Positions 9,424-19,267 of a stretch of DNA of 64,000 nucleotides are shown here, piece by piece. Origin of the DNA: Gemmatimonadota bacterium (lineage in GTDB: Bacteria > Gemmatimonadota > Gemmatimonadetes > Longimicrobiales > Gaopeijiaceae); the NCBI GenBank assembly GCA_039586075.1, contig JBDHLC010000011.1:20517-84516 (forward strand), written 5' to 3'. The notes beneath the pieces were generated by a model. That model did no database searches. It was not told the origin of the DNA and worked only from the letters and a program-made list of their open reading frames with translations. How positions within the stretch are numbered: position 1 is the stretch's first letter; the number at the start of each line of letters is the position of its first letter. The translations under genes were made by a program, and so were the position numbers.

Positions 9424-12243
9424 TCAGAAGACCGGGTAGAGCTCGAAGAAGTGCGGGACCCGGAACCCGGGCCACTGGGTGTTCCCCTTGGCGCCGTTCC
9501 CGACGCGGAAGGTGACGAAGCCGCTGATACCCACTCCCAGGGGGTTGGCGTTCAAGTCGGCCAGCACGAAGTCGTGCTCAGCATCGCCGGAGTCCAGCGG
9601 CTTGCTGAACTCGTAGACGGTAACTCCGCTGGCGTTATCGAAGGCTCCGCTTCCATGAGCGACCGGATCCAGCCCGCCGCAGCCGGCCTGGCTCCGGTTC
9701 GCACACTGCACCGTGAGGTACTCGTCGGTGTACCGGTCCGCCTCGGCGAGGGACGGATCGAAGTTGATCGCATCCTCCCCGGCGACGAAGACGCCGTCAC
9801 CCTCGTTGTCGAAGTCGATGCGGAGGCTGTTCACCTTGTCCGCGCCGTTGACCCAGACGCCGAAGTAGACGTTCTCCGAGTCATTCATCCAGTAGATCTT
9901 CGCCTCGACGAGACCGCCGCCGAGATTGACCTCGAGGTCTTCGCTCTTCGCGCAGAACCACTCATCCGAATCGAGCACGCCGTCGACGGAGGCCGTTCCG
10001 AGGCCGAGGCCCGGCCCGCACGCCGTGGCGGTGAAGACTGCGCTGAGCGAGCCGAACGTCGCGGTGGCGGTGTAGTCCCCGGCCGTCGACCCGAGCGTGA
10101 AGGTGGCGGAGTTCCCGTCGTCTGTGATGGAGGCCCCACCGTCGGTTGTCCAGGTCACGACGGCGCCGGAAATCACGTTGTCGTACTCGTCCTGGACCTC
10201 GACGACCAGGTCCGCCGGAAGCGTGGTGCCGATCTTGGCCACCTGCCCGTCCCCCGAGACCTTGAAGACTTCGGCCGCCGGGCCCGGGTTACCAACCACT
10301 GTGAACGTTGTCGACCCCAGACCGTTCACGGTCGCAGTGACCGTGTTGTCGCCGGCCGTCGTACCCACCTGGAACAGGACTGATGCGATCCCGTCAGCAT
10401 TGGTCACGGTCTCCAATTCTGTCACCCGAGTCTCGGACCCATCGCTGTTCTGAATCACGAAGACGCCGTTTCCGTCCAAGACCTTCCAGGTCACCGTTTC
10501 ACCGGGTACGCCGAGCGCCGTGATGTCAGTCAGTTCCGCATCGAGGACCGTTACATCAAGGGTGAGTTCGGTGCTCACGGCCTCCGGCTGAAGGACGGTC
10601 GTTCCCGCCGGGTTGAGGGCCGCCGGATCCCCGATGGCGGTGGCCCCGAAGGTCACCGCGCCGGTCCGGAGATCGTGGGACATCATGTGGGAGAAACTCA
10701 GGACCGTCCCTTCGGCGTCCTCATCAGGACAGGGGTTGACGCCGTCCAGGGGGAAGCACCCTTCGGTGTATCCGCCGTAGCTCGATGCGACCACCGTGTT
10801 CGTACCCCGTGCCCCCAGCACCCAGGCGTCCAACGAGGCGAATCCGTCGGCGCCCGTGGTGACCGACATCTGGGTTACGGACCCGTTGCCGTCGGGCAGG
10901 ACGGCGAAGTGGACCGTGGCCCCCCCTACCGGAATGCCCTTCTCGTCGACGGCCTGGACCTTGGGGAGAGGGCCGGAAGGCGAATCTCCTGATCGGCCGA
11001 TCCCACCACTGCCCTCCACGTACTGGAGCTCATACCCCAGGTGATACCGGAAGGTGGAGAACTCCTCCATCTCTCCTCCCCGGCCCAGATCGATGGCCCG
11101 GAGGGGGCGTGGAGAGAAGATCCGGGTCACGGGCCGGAAGGCCTGGGCCAGGCGACCCAGCACGCTGCGTGGCTCAGAGTCGTTGAGTGCGGTCTGGAGC
11201 GGGTCCCCGCATACCGTGGAGGGGACGGCGGCCAGGGCCTTGATCGTGCCGTCTTCGCCCTGCTTGAGCATCTGGTAGGGCCGGCGGACACCGTTCGCGT
11301 CGGTCACGTCCGCGTAGTCGATGCAGATGGACTTGGTGGCGGTCTCCTTCAACTTCACGAAGCTCGGCTCTCCGAGGGGCCCCAGGGGCGTCACCCGGAC
11401 ACAGGGGCCGAAAGCCGGCGAGTCGACGATCTCTTCACCAGTATCCGGATCCGTGAAGCATGGCACGTTGTCCGCCAACCGCTCGAACCGGAAGGTCTCG
11501 TACTCCGCTCCCCCGAACTCGTTGGTCAAGAACTGTTCCGTCTGTGCCGGGATGGAGACGCCCAGCCTAGCGGGGCTCCCCCCCAGGCCATCACCGTCCA
11601 GCGTGAAAGTACACCCCTGTGCGACCAGCTCACAGGTGAACTCGATGCACTCGATGACCGTCCCATCCGTGGCGGTGCACAGCGCCCCCTCCTCGATGTA
11701 GAACCCGATGGGGATCACCGAACCCACGTTGGCGCTGTAGACCCCAGGGAACACCTCGTTCGCGCCGGGGCGCTGGGGATTCACGTCGAAGAAGCCGAGC
11801 TCGAGGTTCCCGATCAGGACCTTCACCCGGTAGAAGTGGGTCTCGTCCAGCCCGCCGGGCTCGTTGGTGTCGTCCGTGTCCCAGTTCAACCGGAAGGACT
11901 CCTCCGTGGGCTGGAACGAGTTGATCTCGAAGGTCTGGATGACGGCTTCACACTCGGTGCCTGCCTCCGGGTACCTCTCGGACGGTCGCCCGCCTGTGAT
12001 TTCCACGAGCCGGCAGATCTCCACCGATGGCAGCAGATCCTGGTTGAGGGGCTTGGTCGGCGCCCCATCGGTCACGAACGGTTGGAGAAAGTAGAACCCC
12101 GGCTGACCGCCGTTCGTGGCCGCATCGCGAACGGCCAGGGCCGTCGGCGGAGGGACCATGTCGCTATCGGGGGTTACTGCAGATTCGTCGGAACAGGCCG
12201 CGAGGAGCACGGCCGCAGGTAGAAAAAGGCGCGCCAAGCGCAT
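9424..12243 (-). CDS. large secreted lipoprotein with Ig-like (Big-type) beta-sandwich repeats
   Basis: 939 aa with an AGGAG RBS and a signal peptide plus lipobox ('MRLARLFLPAAVLLAAC'). The central part has Ig-like segments ('TVTATVNGLGSTTFTVVGNPGPAA', 'DYTATATFGSLSAVFTATAC'). A distinct C-terminal module of about 190 aa follows. Confidence 0.75.
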   Translation of the reverse strand: MRLARLFLPAAVLLAACSDESAVTPDSDMVPPPTALAVRDAATNGGQPGFYFLQPFVTDGAPTKPLNQDLLPSVEICRLVEITGGRPSERYPEAGTECEAVIQTFEINSFQPTEESFRLNWDTDDTNEPGGLDETHFYRVKVLIGNLELGFFDVNPQRPGANEVFPGVYSANVGSVIPIGFYIEEGALCTATDGTVIECIEFTCELVAQGCTFTLDGDGLGGSPARLGVSIPAQTEQFLTNEFGGAEYETFRFERLADNVPCFTDPDTGEEIVDSPAFGPCVRVTPLGPLGEPSFVKLKETATKSICIDYADVTDANGVRRPYQMLKQGEDGTIKALAAVPSTVCGDPLQTALNDSEPRSVLGRLAQAFRPVTRIFSPRPLRAIDLGRGGEMEEFSTFRYHLGYELQYVEGSGGIGRSGDSPSGPLPKVQAVDEKGIPVGGATVHFAVLPDGNGSVTQMSVTTGADGFASLDAWVLGARGTNTVVASSYGGYTEGCFPLDGVNPCPDEDAEGTVLSFSHMMSHDLRTGAVTFGATAIGDPAALNPAGTTVLQPEAVSTELTLDVTVLDAELTDITALGVPGETVTWKVLDGNGVFVIQNSDGSETRVTELETVTNADGIASVLFQVGTTAGDNTVTATVNGLGSTTFTVVGNPGPAAEVFKVSGDGQVAKIGTTLPADLVVEVQDEYDNVISGAVVTWTTDGGASITDDGNSATFTLGSTAGDYTATATFGSLSAVFTATACGPGLGLGTASVDGVLDSDEWFCAKSEDLEVNLGGGLVEAKIYWMNDSENVYFGVWVNGADKVNSLRIDFDNEGDGVFVAGEDAINFDPSLAEADRYTDEYLTVQCANRSQAGCGGLDPVAHGSGAFDNASGVTVYEFSKPLDSGDAEHDFVLADLNANPLGVGISGFVTFRVGNGAKGNTQWPGFRVPHFFELYPVF

Positions 12244-12471
12244 ACAAGAGACTCCTGGGGAGGGGACCCGGACAACCCACGGCTCAGGCCGACGGATAGA
12301 GGAAGTTCCGGGAACAGTGGCCGAAGGGTCGCACGGCGCCAGATGTTTCGCAAGGATTTTTTAATTGACGGCGCTGCGCAGAGTCGTTACCCGGCGTTAT
12401 GCGCTGTGCGTGTACGCTGCGCATCGGGTCTTCAGGCTCACCGCTGGATTGGGGTCGGGTCTGCGCGGGGC

Positions 12472-14241
12472 TCAGTTCAGCCGGCGAAGGCGCTCGAACT
12501 CCGGATTTCCCCGGAGCGGCTCCCACCACCACATGAGGCGGGACCCTTCCCCGAAATGCCCTGCGGTCCCCGCGGTGTAGTCCATGAGGAGCTGAATGGC
12601 CTGTTCCTCCTGGCCGTTCAGGAGTCGCATGGCGGCTTCGGTCGAAGGCTCGCCAGGGAACCGGTCCATCACGGCGGAGGCGGAGTCTGAGAGCCCGGCC
12701 CGGGCGATGACCCCGGCGACGATGAGGGTCTCGGTGGACTCCATGCTTTCCCAGCGGGCACCGAGCAGGTCCCGGACCGAGTCGCGGAGAGCCCATGCAT
12801 AGTCGACGTCGGGATCCACCCCGGGCATGGTCATGAGCCAGAGCCGACATTCGGTGAAGTAGAAGTCGTCGGGGAACCGCCGATACCCCTCCCCGCACCA
12901 CTCCCGGGACTGGTCCACGTCCCCCAGGTCGTAATTCGTGACGACGAGCCGGCGCAGGACCGAGCGGCTCGCCCGGAGAAAGGCGTCGGCGCGGTAGGCC
13001 TGGCGCGCGGCGAGGGCGGCGCCGGTCAGATCCTTATCCTGGTAGTAGAGATGGCTCAGGAGCGCGTACGCATCGGCACTTCCGTACGTCTCCGCAGCCC
13101 GCTCGAGATCGGAGCGGGCCTGTTCGAGTGTAGCCTCGGCCTCCGCCGGCGCGTCGATGAAGTTGCGCCGGTAACGGTCGTACAGGGCCGTGCCCCTCCA
13201 GAGAACGGCTTCCCGGGACGTCGGGTCCCGGTCCAGTGCCTCACCCGCAAGTGCCACCGCCTGCTGGAAGAGCGAGTCCATGACCGCCGGCTCACGAGCC
13301 CAGTCCGAGCCCCGTTGGTGGGCGGTCTCCGCCAAGCGGTTCCAGGGCTCTGCCCAGTCCTCCGCAAGCGAGGCGGCCTCGCGGAAGGCGGCTTCCGCCT
13401 CGTCGAAGTCCTCCTCCGCGGTCCCAGGATCCCCCGCCACCGCCCTTTCCAGCGCCCGCTCGCCGCGGGCGACAGCGAGCCACGCACCGTTATTTGGGGC
13501 TTCGGATCGGGTTTGGCGGAGGCGAATCTCCTCGCCGACTGCAGACCGGATTTGGTCTTCGACCTGGCTGGCCACCTCTTCCTGGAGGGCCACCAGGTCG
13601 TCCGTGGGACCGCGGGCGGTGATGTTGGCCAGACGAATGTCGTCCCGCGTCCGAAGTTGCACGCTCACCACGAAGTCGTTCCCGGACTGCCGCACGTCGC
13701 CCTGGAGCAAGCTACCCACGTCCAGGTATTCCGCCGCTTCCTCAAGGGGCATCCCCGCCTGCCGCACTGAGCGCGAACCGTTCCTGGACACCACGTCCAG
13801 ATCCGGGACCAGGGACAAACGCTCGATGAGATCCTCCGTGAGCCCATCCCCCACCAACGAGGTCTCCTCGTCGGTACCCTCGAAGTAGAGAACGGCCATC
13901 CGCGTCAGTCCGATCTGCCCGGACCGAGCGGTTTCGATGCGCAGTTCGTTCTGCACGACGATGACGCTGGAGCCGATGGCGCCCACGGCCAGGAGGCTCA
14001 AGAGAGCGATCTCCAGCGAGTTCGCCTTCTGTGTCCCCCTTTCCCCGTGGTACCATCCGATGATCAGGGCAGCGGGGATACCGAAGCCGAAGAGGATGAG
14101 CGCCACCAGGTAGGCGTACCGCGGCAGGACGTCTCGGTCCACGACCTGATCTACCACCTGCAGGATAATCCACCCTCCCACCAGGTAGGAGAGGAAGATC
14201 TGGGTGATGCGGCGCTGCTTGATGTCGGACCAGAGGCTCAC
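12472..14241 (-). CDS. membrane-anchored TolB-N-like / TPR repeat protein
   Basis: ORF 12472..14316 begins with TTG. I prefer the GTG at 14241 ('VSLWSDIKQRRITQIFLSYLVGGW'). Two TM segments are followed by 'MAVLYFEGT...LTEDLIERLS' (TolB-N-like) and then a helical TPR-like region. Confidence 0.7.
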   Translation of the reverse strand: MSLWSDIKQRRITQIFLSYLVGGWIILQVVDQVVDRDVLPRYAYLVALILFGFGIPAALIIGWYHGERGTQKANSLEIALLSLLAVGAIGSSVIVVQNELRIETARSGQIGLTRMAVLYFEGTDEETSLVGDGLTEDLIERLSLVPDLDVVSRNGSRSVRQAGMPLEEAAEYLDVGSLLQGDVRQSGNDFVVSVQLRTRDDIRLANITARGPTDDLVALQEEVASQVEDQIRSAVGEEIRLRQTRSEAPNNGAWLAVARGERALERAVAGDPGTAEEDFDEAEAAFREAASLAEDWAEPWNRLAETAHQRGSDWAREPAVMDSLFQQAVALAGEALDRDPTSREAVLWRGTALYDRYRRNFIDAPAEAEATLEQARSDLERAAETYGSADAYALLSHLYYQDKDLTGAALAARQAYRADAFLRASRSVLRRLVVTNYDLGDVDQSREWCGEGYRRFPDDFYFTECRLWLMTMPGVDPDVDYAWALRDSVRDLLGARWESMESTETLIVAGVIARAGLSDSASAVMDRFPGEPSTEAAMRLLNGQEEQAIQLLMDYTAGTAGHFGEGSRLMWWWEPLRGNPEFERLRRLN

Positions 14242-14391
14242 TGCATCAAACTCTTCGCGCGAGGGGAATCGGTGGGGAGACGGCCTCAAGTGATGGCTCG
14301 GCAGGCACCCTGTCAATGAGGTCCAAATCGCCGGAACCCGTGGGGGCGCCCCGGGATGGTGCGTAGGGCGCGGACACCACGCGGTACAAAG

Positions 14392-15264
14392 CTAGCTCCT
14401 CGAACGCGGTCCAGGCTCCAAGAGGGTGCGCCCCGTGCGGATGGCGGCGCGTAGAAACTCGCGGACCCGAACAGCTTGGTCCCCGTCGTCCCATTCCGCC
14501 ATGTCAGCCCAGCGGAGTGCCGCCCCGAACCAGCCCTCGGTATTCCAATAGCCCCACGGAAGTTCCATCGCCGGGGTCGTCTTCGGCTCGGGCCAGGGGG
14601 CCACGTACCAGTAGGGATCCGGATATTCCTCGTCACCGGGGCTCAAGCCCACTCCGATGCTGCGCTCCGGGGTGCCCGCCCCCGCCGGAAGGAGCACTCG
14701 GAACGCCAAGTCGAAGTGGTGGGGCCAGGCTCTGAGTGGGGTCGTGTTCATCGGATTCTCTTCACGGAGAGCCTGCAGGAGTCGAGTTCCGTTCTGGAAC
14801 CACGAGGCCAACTCCTCCAGGGCGGTGGGGCTGGCGTCGAAGAGTGCCTGCTGTGCGACCCGGTGCGCGGGGATGGTGAATTCGGGAAAGTCCAGGGTCA
14901 TCGGGTCATCTCCCAGGGCGGTGGACAACTCACGCTCGACCCAATCGAAGGCCTCCCCCAGGGAGTGACCCGGCAGGACATACCGCTGCACCTGCCCCCG
15001 GGCCCGGATCTGGATTTCCAGCGGCAACGGGCGGACCAGGAGATAGATATCGTCCGAGGTGGCGAGCCGGCGCGAGCGAAAGCCCTGAAGGTCCGGATCC
15101 CAGACCATGGCCCGATGGCCGTCGTCCTCCTCCGGTTCCAGGAGGGCGCCCCCCAGCGCGGGGATCAACTGCACCAGGTGGTGTAGCTGCAGACGAGCGT
15201 CACGGAGAGACTCCGGCGAGACCCGCCCCACGGGACTCCAGGCCGATTCGTGGAAGGGCATCAT
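14392..15264 (-). CDS. conserved hypothetical protein (no motif recognised; possibly DUF5996-like, weak recollection)
   Basis: 290 aa with balanced composition and GC-rich third codon positions. It lies 28 nt downstream of the Rieske/GltS gene on the same strand. Confidence 0.6.
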   Translation of the reverse strand: MMPFHESAWSPVGRVSPESLRDARLQLHHLVQLIPALGGALLEPEEDDGHRAMVWDPDLQGFRSRRLATSDDIYLLVRPLPLEIQIRARGQVQRYVLPGHSLGEAFDWVERELSTALGDDPMTLDFPEFTIPAHRVAQQALFDASPTALEELASWFQNGTRLLQALREENPMNTTPLRAWPHHFDLAFRVLLPAGAGTPERSIGVGLSPGDEEYPDPYWYVAPWPEPKTTPAMELPWGYWNTEGWFGAALRWADMAEWDDGDQAVRVREFLRAAIRTGRTLLEPGPRSRS

Positions 15265-15292
15265 GGTCGAGGCGGGCTATTCGGATGGTTGA

Positions 15293-16912
15293 TCAATCCC
15301 GAACCCCGGCGTAGGCGATGCCGGTGAGCTCCGAGATGTGACGACGCCAGGATACGAGATCCCGGGGCGCGAAGTCCGACAGGTGCGAATGCCCGCACGC
15401 TCGGGCAAGAACCTTCATGAGCGCCACCGTGGCGTCCAGGAAATTGGTCAGCCGAAGTGCCGACGCTTCCACCACGAGCCGGGCACGGAGATGATCCTTC
15501 TGGGTGGCGATTCCCACGGGACAGTTGTCCGTGTTGCAGGCCCTCATTCCCAGGCACCCGATGGCCTGAAGCGCCGAGTTCGCGATGGCCACGGCATCCG
15601 CCCCCAGGGCCAGGGCCTTCACGAAGTCGGTTTCGGTACGGAGTCCGCCCGTGATGATCAGGGAGACCTGCTCAACGCCCCGGCGGTCCAGATGTCGACG
15701 TGCGCGAGCCAGGGCTGCCAGAGTGGGCACGGATATGTGATCCCTGAAGACCACCGGTGCGGCCCCGGTGCCGCCGCCCCGGCCATCCAGGATGACGTAG
15801 TCTGCCCCGGCGTCGAGACAGAAATCCAGGTCCTCTTCCACATGCTGCGCCGAGATCTTGAATCCCACGGGGATTCCTCCGGATGCCTCGCGCACCTCGT
15901 CGGCCAATGCTCGGAAGTCCCGGGGGCTGGACAGTGCTCCAAACCGGGACGGGCTGACCGCGTCCTGTCCCACTTCCAGGCCGCGGACCTGGGCGATCCG
16001 CTGTGTCACCTTTCGGCCGGGGAGGTGTCCCCCCGTCCCCGTCTTGGCGCCCTGCCCTGCCTTGAAGTGAAAGGCCTGGATGTCCGTGACCTTCTCCAGG
16101 TCCCACCCGAACTGGCCCGACGCCAACTCGTACAGATACCGTGAACTCACCTCGTGCTCTTCGGGAAGCATCCCCCCCTCTCCGGAGCAGATTCCCGTCC
16201 CGGCGGCCTCGGCGCCCATGGCCATGGCCACTTTGGCCTCCAGTGAGAGGGCACCGAAGCTCATGTCCGATACCAGCAGGGGGATCTCGAGCCGGAGCGG
16301 GCGCGCGGCCCCTGGCCCCAGCACCACGTCGGTGCCCACGTCGGCATCATCGGCCAGTGGACGGGTCGCGAGCTGAGCCGTCAGGATCTGAATGTCGTCC
16401 CAGGAGGGGAGCTCGCCGCGTGGGACGCCCATGGCGGCCACCCGCCCGTGGTGCCCGAGCACGGAGAGCCCCTCCCGGGCCAGCCGCTGGATATAGGCGT
16501 TGGCCGGTTCCTCCGGGCTGCCGTGAATATCCTGGTAGAGCCCGAGGTAGTCTTCCCGGTTGAAGGGCTGGGGGTGTTCATCCGCCCAGGCCCGTACGGC
16601 CTCCCGGTCCACCAGGACCGCGTCCGCTCCAGGATCGATCCGGCTCGGGAACTTCTTCAGGGACTCCGCATTGTCGTACTCGCTGACACCCGTGTCGTAG
16701 CGGTAGTCCCAATGGTGGAGACCACAGATCAGATTCCCGTCTTCCACGTATCCGTCGGATAGCAGTGCGCCGCGGTGGAGGCATCGTCCGTACAGGACCG
16801 AGACCCGGTTGTCGTAGCGGACCACCACGAGGTCCACCCCCTCCACCAGGGCGTAGGTCGGTTCACGGTCTGCGAGCGTCGACCACTCGGCGACCTGGGT
16901 CCACGCGCTCAT
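15293..16912 (-). CDS. Rieske [2Fe-2S] domain fused to glutamate-synthase domain-2-like FMN-binding protein
   Basis: ATG at 16912 of ORF 15293..18004. The Rieske motif is 'CLHRGALL...CGLHHWDY'. The GltB-domain-2 pattern follows: 'LLVSDMSFGALS', 'GEGGMLPEE', 'FKAGQGAKTGTGGHLPG', 'ILDGRGGGTGAAP', 'ITGGLRT', 'CNTDNCPVGIATQ'. Confidence 0.85.
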   Translation of the reverse strand: MSAWTQVAEWSTLADREPTYALVEGVDLVVVRYDNRVSVLYGRCLHRGALLSDGYVEDGNLICGLHHWDYRYDTGVSEYDNAESLKKFPSRIDPGADAVLVDREAVRAWADEHPQPFNREDYLGLYQDIHGSPEEPANAYIQRLAREGLSVLGHHGRVAAMGVPRGELPSWDDIQILTAQLATRPLADDADVGTDVVLGPGAARPLRLEIPLLVSDMSFGALSLEAKVAMAMGAEAAGTGICSGEGGMLPEEHEVSSRYLYELASGQFGWDLEKVTDIQAFHFKAGQGAKTGTGGHLPGRKVTQRIAQVRGLEVGQDAVSPSRFGALSSPRDFRALADEVREASGGIPVGFKISAQHVEEDLDFCLDAGADYVILDGRGGGTGAAPVVFRDHISVPTLAALARARRHLDRRGVEQVSLIITGGLRTETDFVKALALGADAVAIANSALQAIGCLGMRACNTDNCPVGIATQKDHLRARLVVEASALRLTNFLDATVALMKVLARACGHSHLSDFAPRDLVSWRRHISELTGIAYAGVRD

Positions 16913-17110
16913 AGCAGCTCCGCGTCTCGGGATTCGTCGGCCATGGATATCTCGGGTGTCGGGTTCTGAGAAGCTGTGGTCCAAACCGGTCGGCGCAGGA
17001 ATCTGTTCCACACGAATGGTCGTAGGGCAAGGCAGAGGGACCCGCCGCGCGGTCCCGCGGGTTATCATCATATAGCGGCCCACCCGCTTTCCCCTCCAAC
17101 CGGTTCGCGC

Positions 17111-18058
17111 ATGGCTCACCAGGACGAGCTGCACATCCCCAACGAGGCCACCTACTCGCCGGTGTCCCTGCTGGACCTCATGGCGGTGGCGCCCATCGCG
17201 TCGCGCCTCCTTCTCGGGGCGACGGTGCCCGGGCGAGTCATCCAGCTCGCGGCCATGGGGGTCTACGCCAAGAGCGTGGTGCGCGACTGGTCGGTCCGGC
17301 AAGGCATGAAACGCATCGAGTTCAAGGAGGAGTTCGGCGCCGACGTGGACCTGCTGGAGGAGCAGCCCCGCACGTCGCGCGAGATGGAGGTGCGGCGGCT
17401 CGGGACGCTCCTGAACGACGGATACGTCGAGGATCGGATTCCCCGAAAGGAGCTCGCTCGCCAGGTGAACCGCGTCCTGACGGACTTCATCGCGGGCATC
17501 ACGGGCCAGCGCGTGGAGACGAGCCACGAGATCCGGGACCTTTCCCTGGCCGGCCTGGTTTTCCCCTTCGCCCAGGGGACGTGCGACGTCCTGAGCGGCG
17601 ACGTGGCCATCTTCCGGGACACCGGGATCTTCGAGCCGCACATCATCACCCACGAGTTCGTGCACCGGAAGGGCTACCTGAAAGAGCTCCACGCCCAGGC
17701 CCTGGCCTACATGGCGCTGCGGAACTCCGGCCACGAGATCCTGGTGCAGTCGGCACGGGCGGAGCGGCTGCACCGGCAGCTCCGGGTCCTGTCCGGGGAG
17801 GATCCCGAGCAGTATCAGGAGGCGCTGGACGAGGCCGGCCTCCGGGAGGAGCTGCAGGAATCCTTCGAGGCGCTGAGCCCCCAGCCCGGCCTTTATCAAT
17901 CGGTGGTGGGGCAGGGGATGAAGCAGCTGTATGACATGCGCATGAAGCTGACGGGGCAGAACGGGCTTTCGGACTACGACCGGGGCTTCACCAACTTCCT
18001 CCACACCTTCCGGTTCAGCGAAGAGGCCCGACAGCCCGTATCCCTCGCCGACGTCTAG
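17111..18058 (+). CDS. putative zinc metallopeptidase (HExxH...E; DUF3810-like recollection)
   Basis: ATG at 17111 of ORF 16976..18058. The 315-aa product has an N-terminal hydrophobic segment and the motif 'ITHEFVHRKGYLKELHAQALAYMAL'. Confidence 0.6.
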   Translation: MAHQDELHIPNEATYSPVSLLDLMAVAPIASRLLLGATVPGRVIQLAAMGVYAKSVVRDWSVRQGMKRIEFKEEFGADVDLLEEQPRTSREMEVRRLGTLLNDGYVEDRIPRKELARQVNRVLTDFIAGITGQRVETSHEIRDLSLAGLVFPFAQGTCDVLSGDVAIFRDTGIFEPHIITHEFVHRKGYLKELHAQALAYMALRNSGHEILVQSARAERLHRQLRVLSGEDPEQYQEALDEAGLREELQESFEALSPQPGLYQSVVGQGMKQLYDMRMKLTGQNGLSDYDRGFTNFLHTFRFSEEARQPVSLADV

Positions 18059-18086
18059 AGTGGCGCGGCGGCTCCGGGCCGGTGAC

Positions 18087-19145
18087 TCAGAAGAGGGAGA
18101 GCTGACCCGGAGGGTTCGGTGCGCGGAACGAGGCGGAGTTGAGCTCCGGCGGACCCTTCAGCCCCAGCTTCCTGACGGTGGCGCGGAAGAGGCCCTTGAT
18201 CTGCTCCGCGTAGGCTCCGGTCCCCTTGCCGCGCACGTCGAAGGTCCCGTCGTAGAGCTTTCCCCCGTAGGCCTCCCGGATCCGTCCGAGCACGCGGTCC
18301 TTCCGGTCGGGAAGGTTCTCCTCGAGCCAGTGCTCGAAGAGGGTCTTCACCCCGTGAGGGAGCCGGAGCAGGATGTAGCCGGCCCAGGACGCCCCGGCGT
18401 CCGCCGCGGCTTCGAGGATGGCGGGGACCTCCTCGTCCGTGAGACCGGGAATGACGGGTGCCAGGTTGACTCCCACCGGAATCCCGGCGCTGGCCAGGAC
18501 CCGGATGGCGTCCAGCCGCCGGATGGGGGTCGAGGTCCGGGGCTCCATGATCCGCTGGAGATCCCGGCGGAGGGTCGTGACGGAGATGGTGACCGCCACG
18601 GCGTCGTGCCTCGCCAGCTCCTGCAGGACGTCGAGGTCCCGGGTCACCCCGTGATTCTTGGTGATGAGAGCCGCCGGATTCCTCGCTTCGGCCAACACCT
18701 CCAGGCATCGCCTGGTGAGGCGAAGACGTCGCTCCACCGGCTGGTATGGGTCCGTCACGCCGGAGAGCATGATGGTGCGAGGTCGCCACGAGCTCCTCCG
18801 AAGGGCTTCGCGGAGCAGGGTGGGGGCGTCCTCCTTCACCAGGATGCGGCTCTCGAAGTCCAGCCCGGCGGAGAATCCCAGGTACTCGTGGTTCGGTCGG
18901 GCGAAGCAGTAGACGCACCCGTGCTCACAGCCTCGGTACGGATTGATTCCCACGTCCAGGCCCACATCCGGCGAGTCGTTGGTGACCAGGAGGGTCCGGG
19001 AGGCGTCCCGGTAGAAGCGGGTCCGGGGGGACGGATCCTGGAGTGTGGTCCAGGGCTCGCGGTCCACCGACAGGCGCTCGAACCGGGAGCCTGGATTCAG
19101 GGACGTGCCGCGGCCACCACGAGATGGAGGGGATGCTGAGGGCAT
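18087..19145 (-). CDS. PA0069-family radical SAM protein
   Basis: ATG at 19145 of ORF 18087..19898. The product carries the radical-SAM cluster motif 'CEHGCVYCFAR' (CxxxCxxC) and is 352 aa. The upstream part of the ORF is antisense to yfcC-like and Arg/Gly-rich. Confidence 0.85.
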   Translation of the reverse strand: MPSASPPSRGGRGTSLNPGSRFERLSVDREPWTTLQDPSPRTRFYRDASRTLLVTNDSPDVGLDVGINPYRGCEHGCVYCFARPNHEYLGFSAGLDFESRILVKEDAPTLLREALRRSSWRPRTIMLSGVTDPYQPVERRLRLTRRCLEVLAEARNPAALITKNHGVTRDLDVLQELARHDAVAVTISVTTLRRDLQRIMEPRTSTPIRRLDAIRVLASAGIPVGVNLAPVIPGLTDEEVPAILEAAADAGASWAGYILLRLPHGVKTLFEHWLEENLPDRKDRVLGRIREAYGGKLYDGTFDVRGKGTGAYAEQIKGLFRATVRKLGLKGPPELNSASFRAPNPPGQLSLF

Positions 19146-19267
19146 GGAAGGGCTCCGAGGACAGGACCGACTTTCGGTCAATCTTCGGTATCGGGCCGAA
19201 TCTGTCCAGTCCCGCCGCTCGCGGGCGCCCAGCGGCGCGGGCCAGGGCGACCTCCGACCGACGGGGG

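Noticed and set aside
16913-18004. N-terminal 360-codon extension of ORF 15293..18004
   Set aside because: The extension is antisense to the HExxH gene and low-complexity. The Rieske domain begins right after the ATG at 16912.
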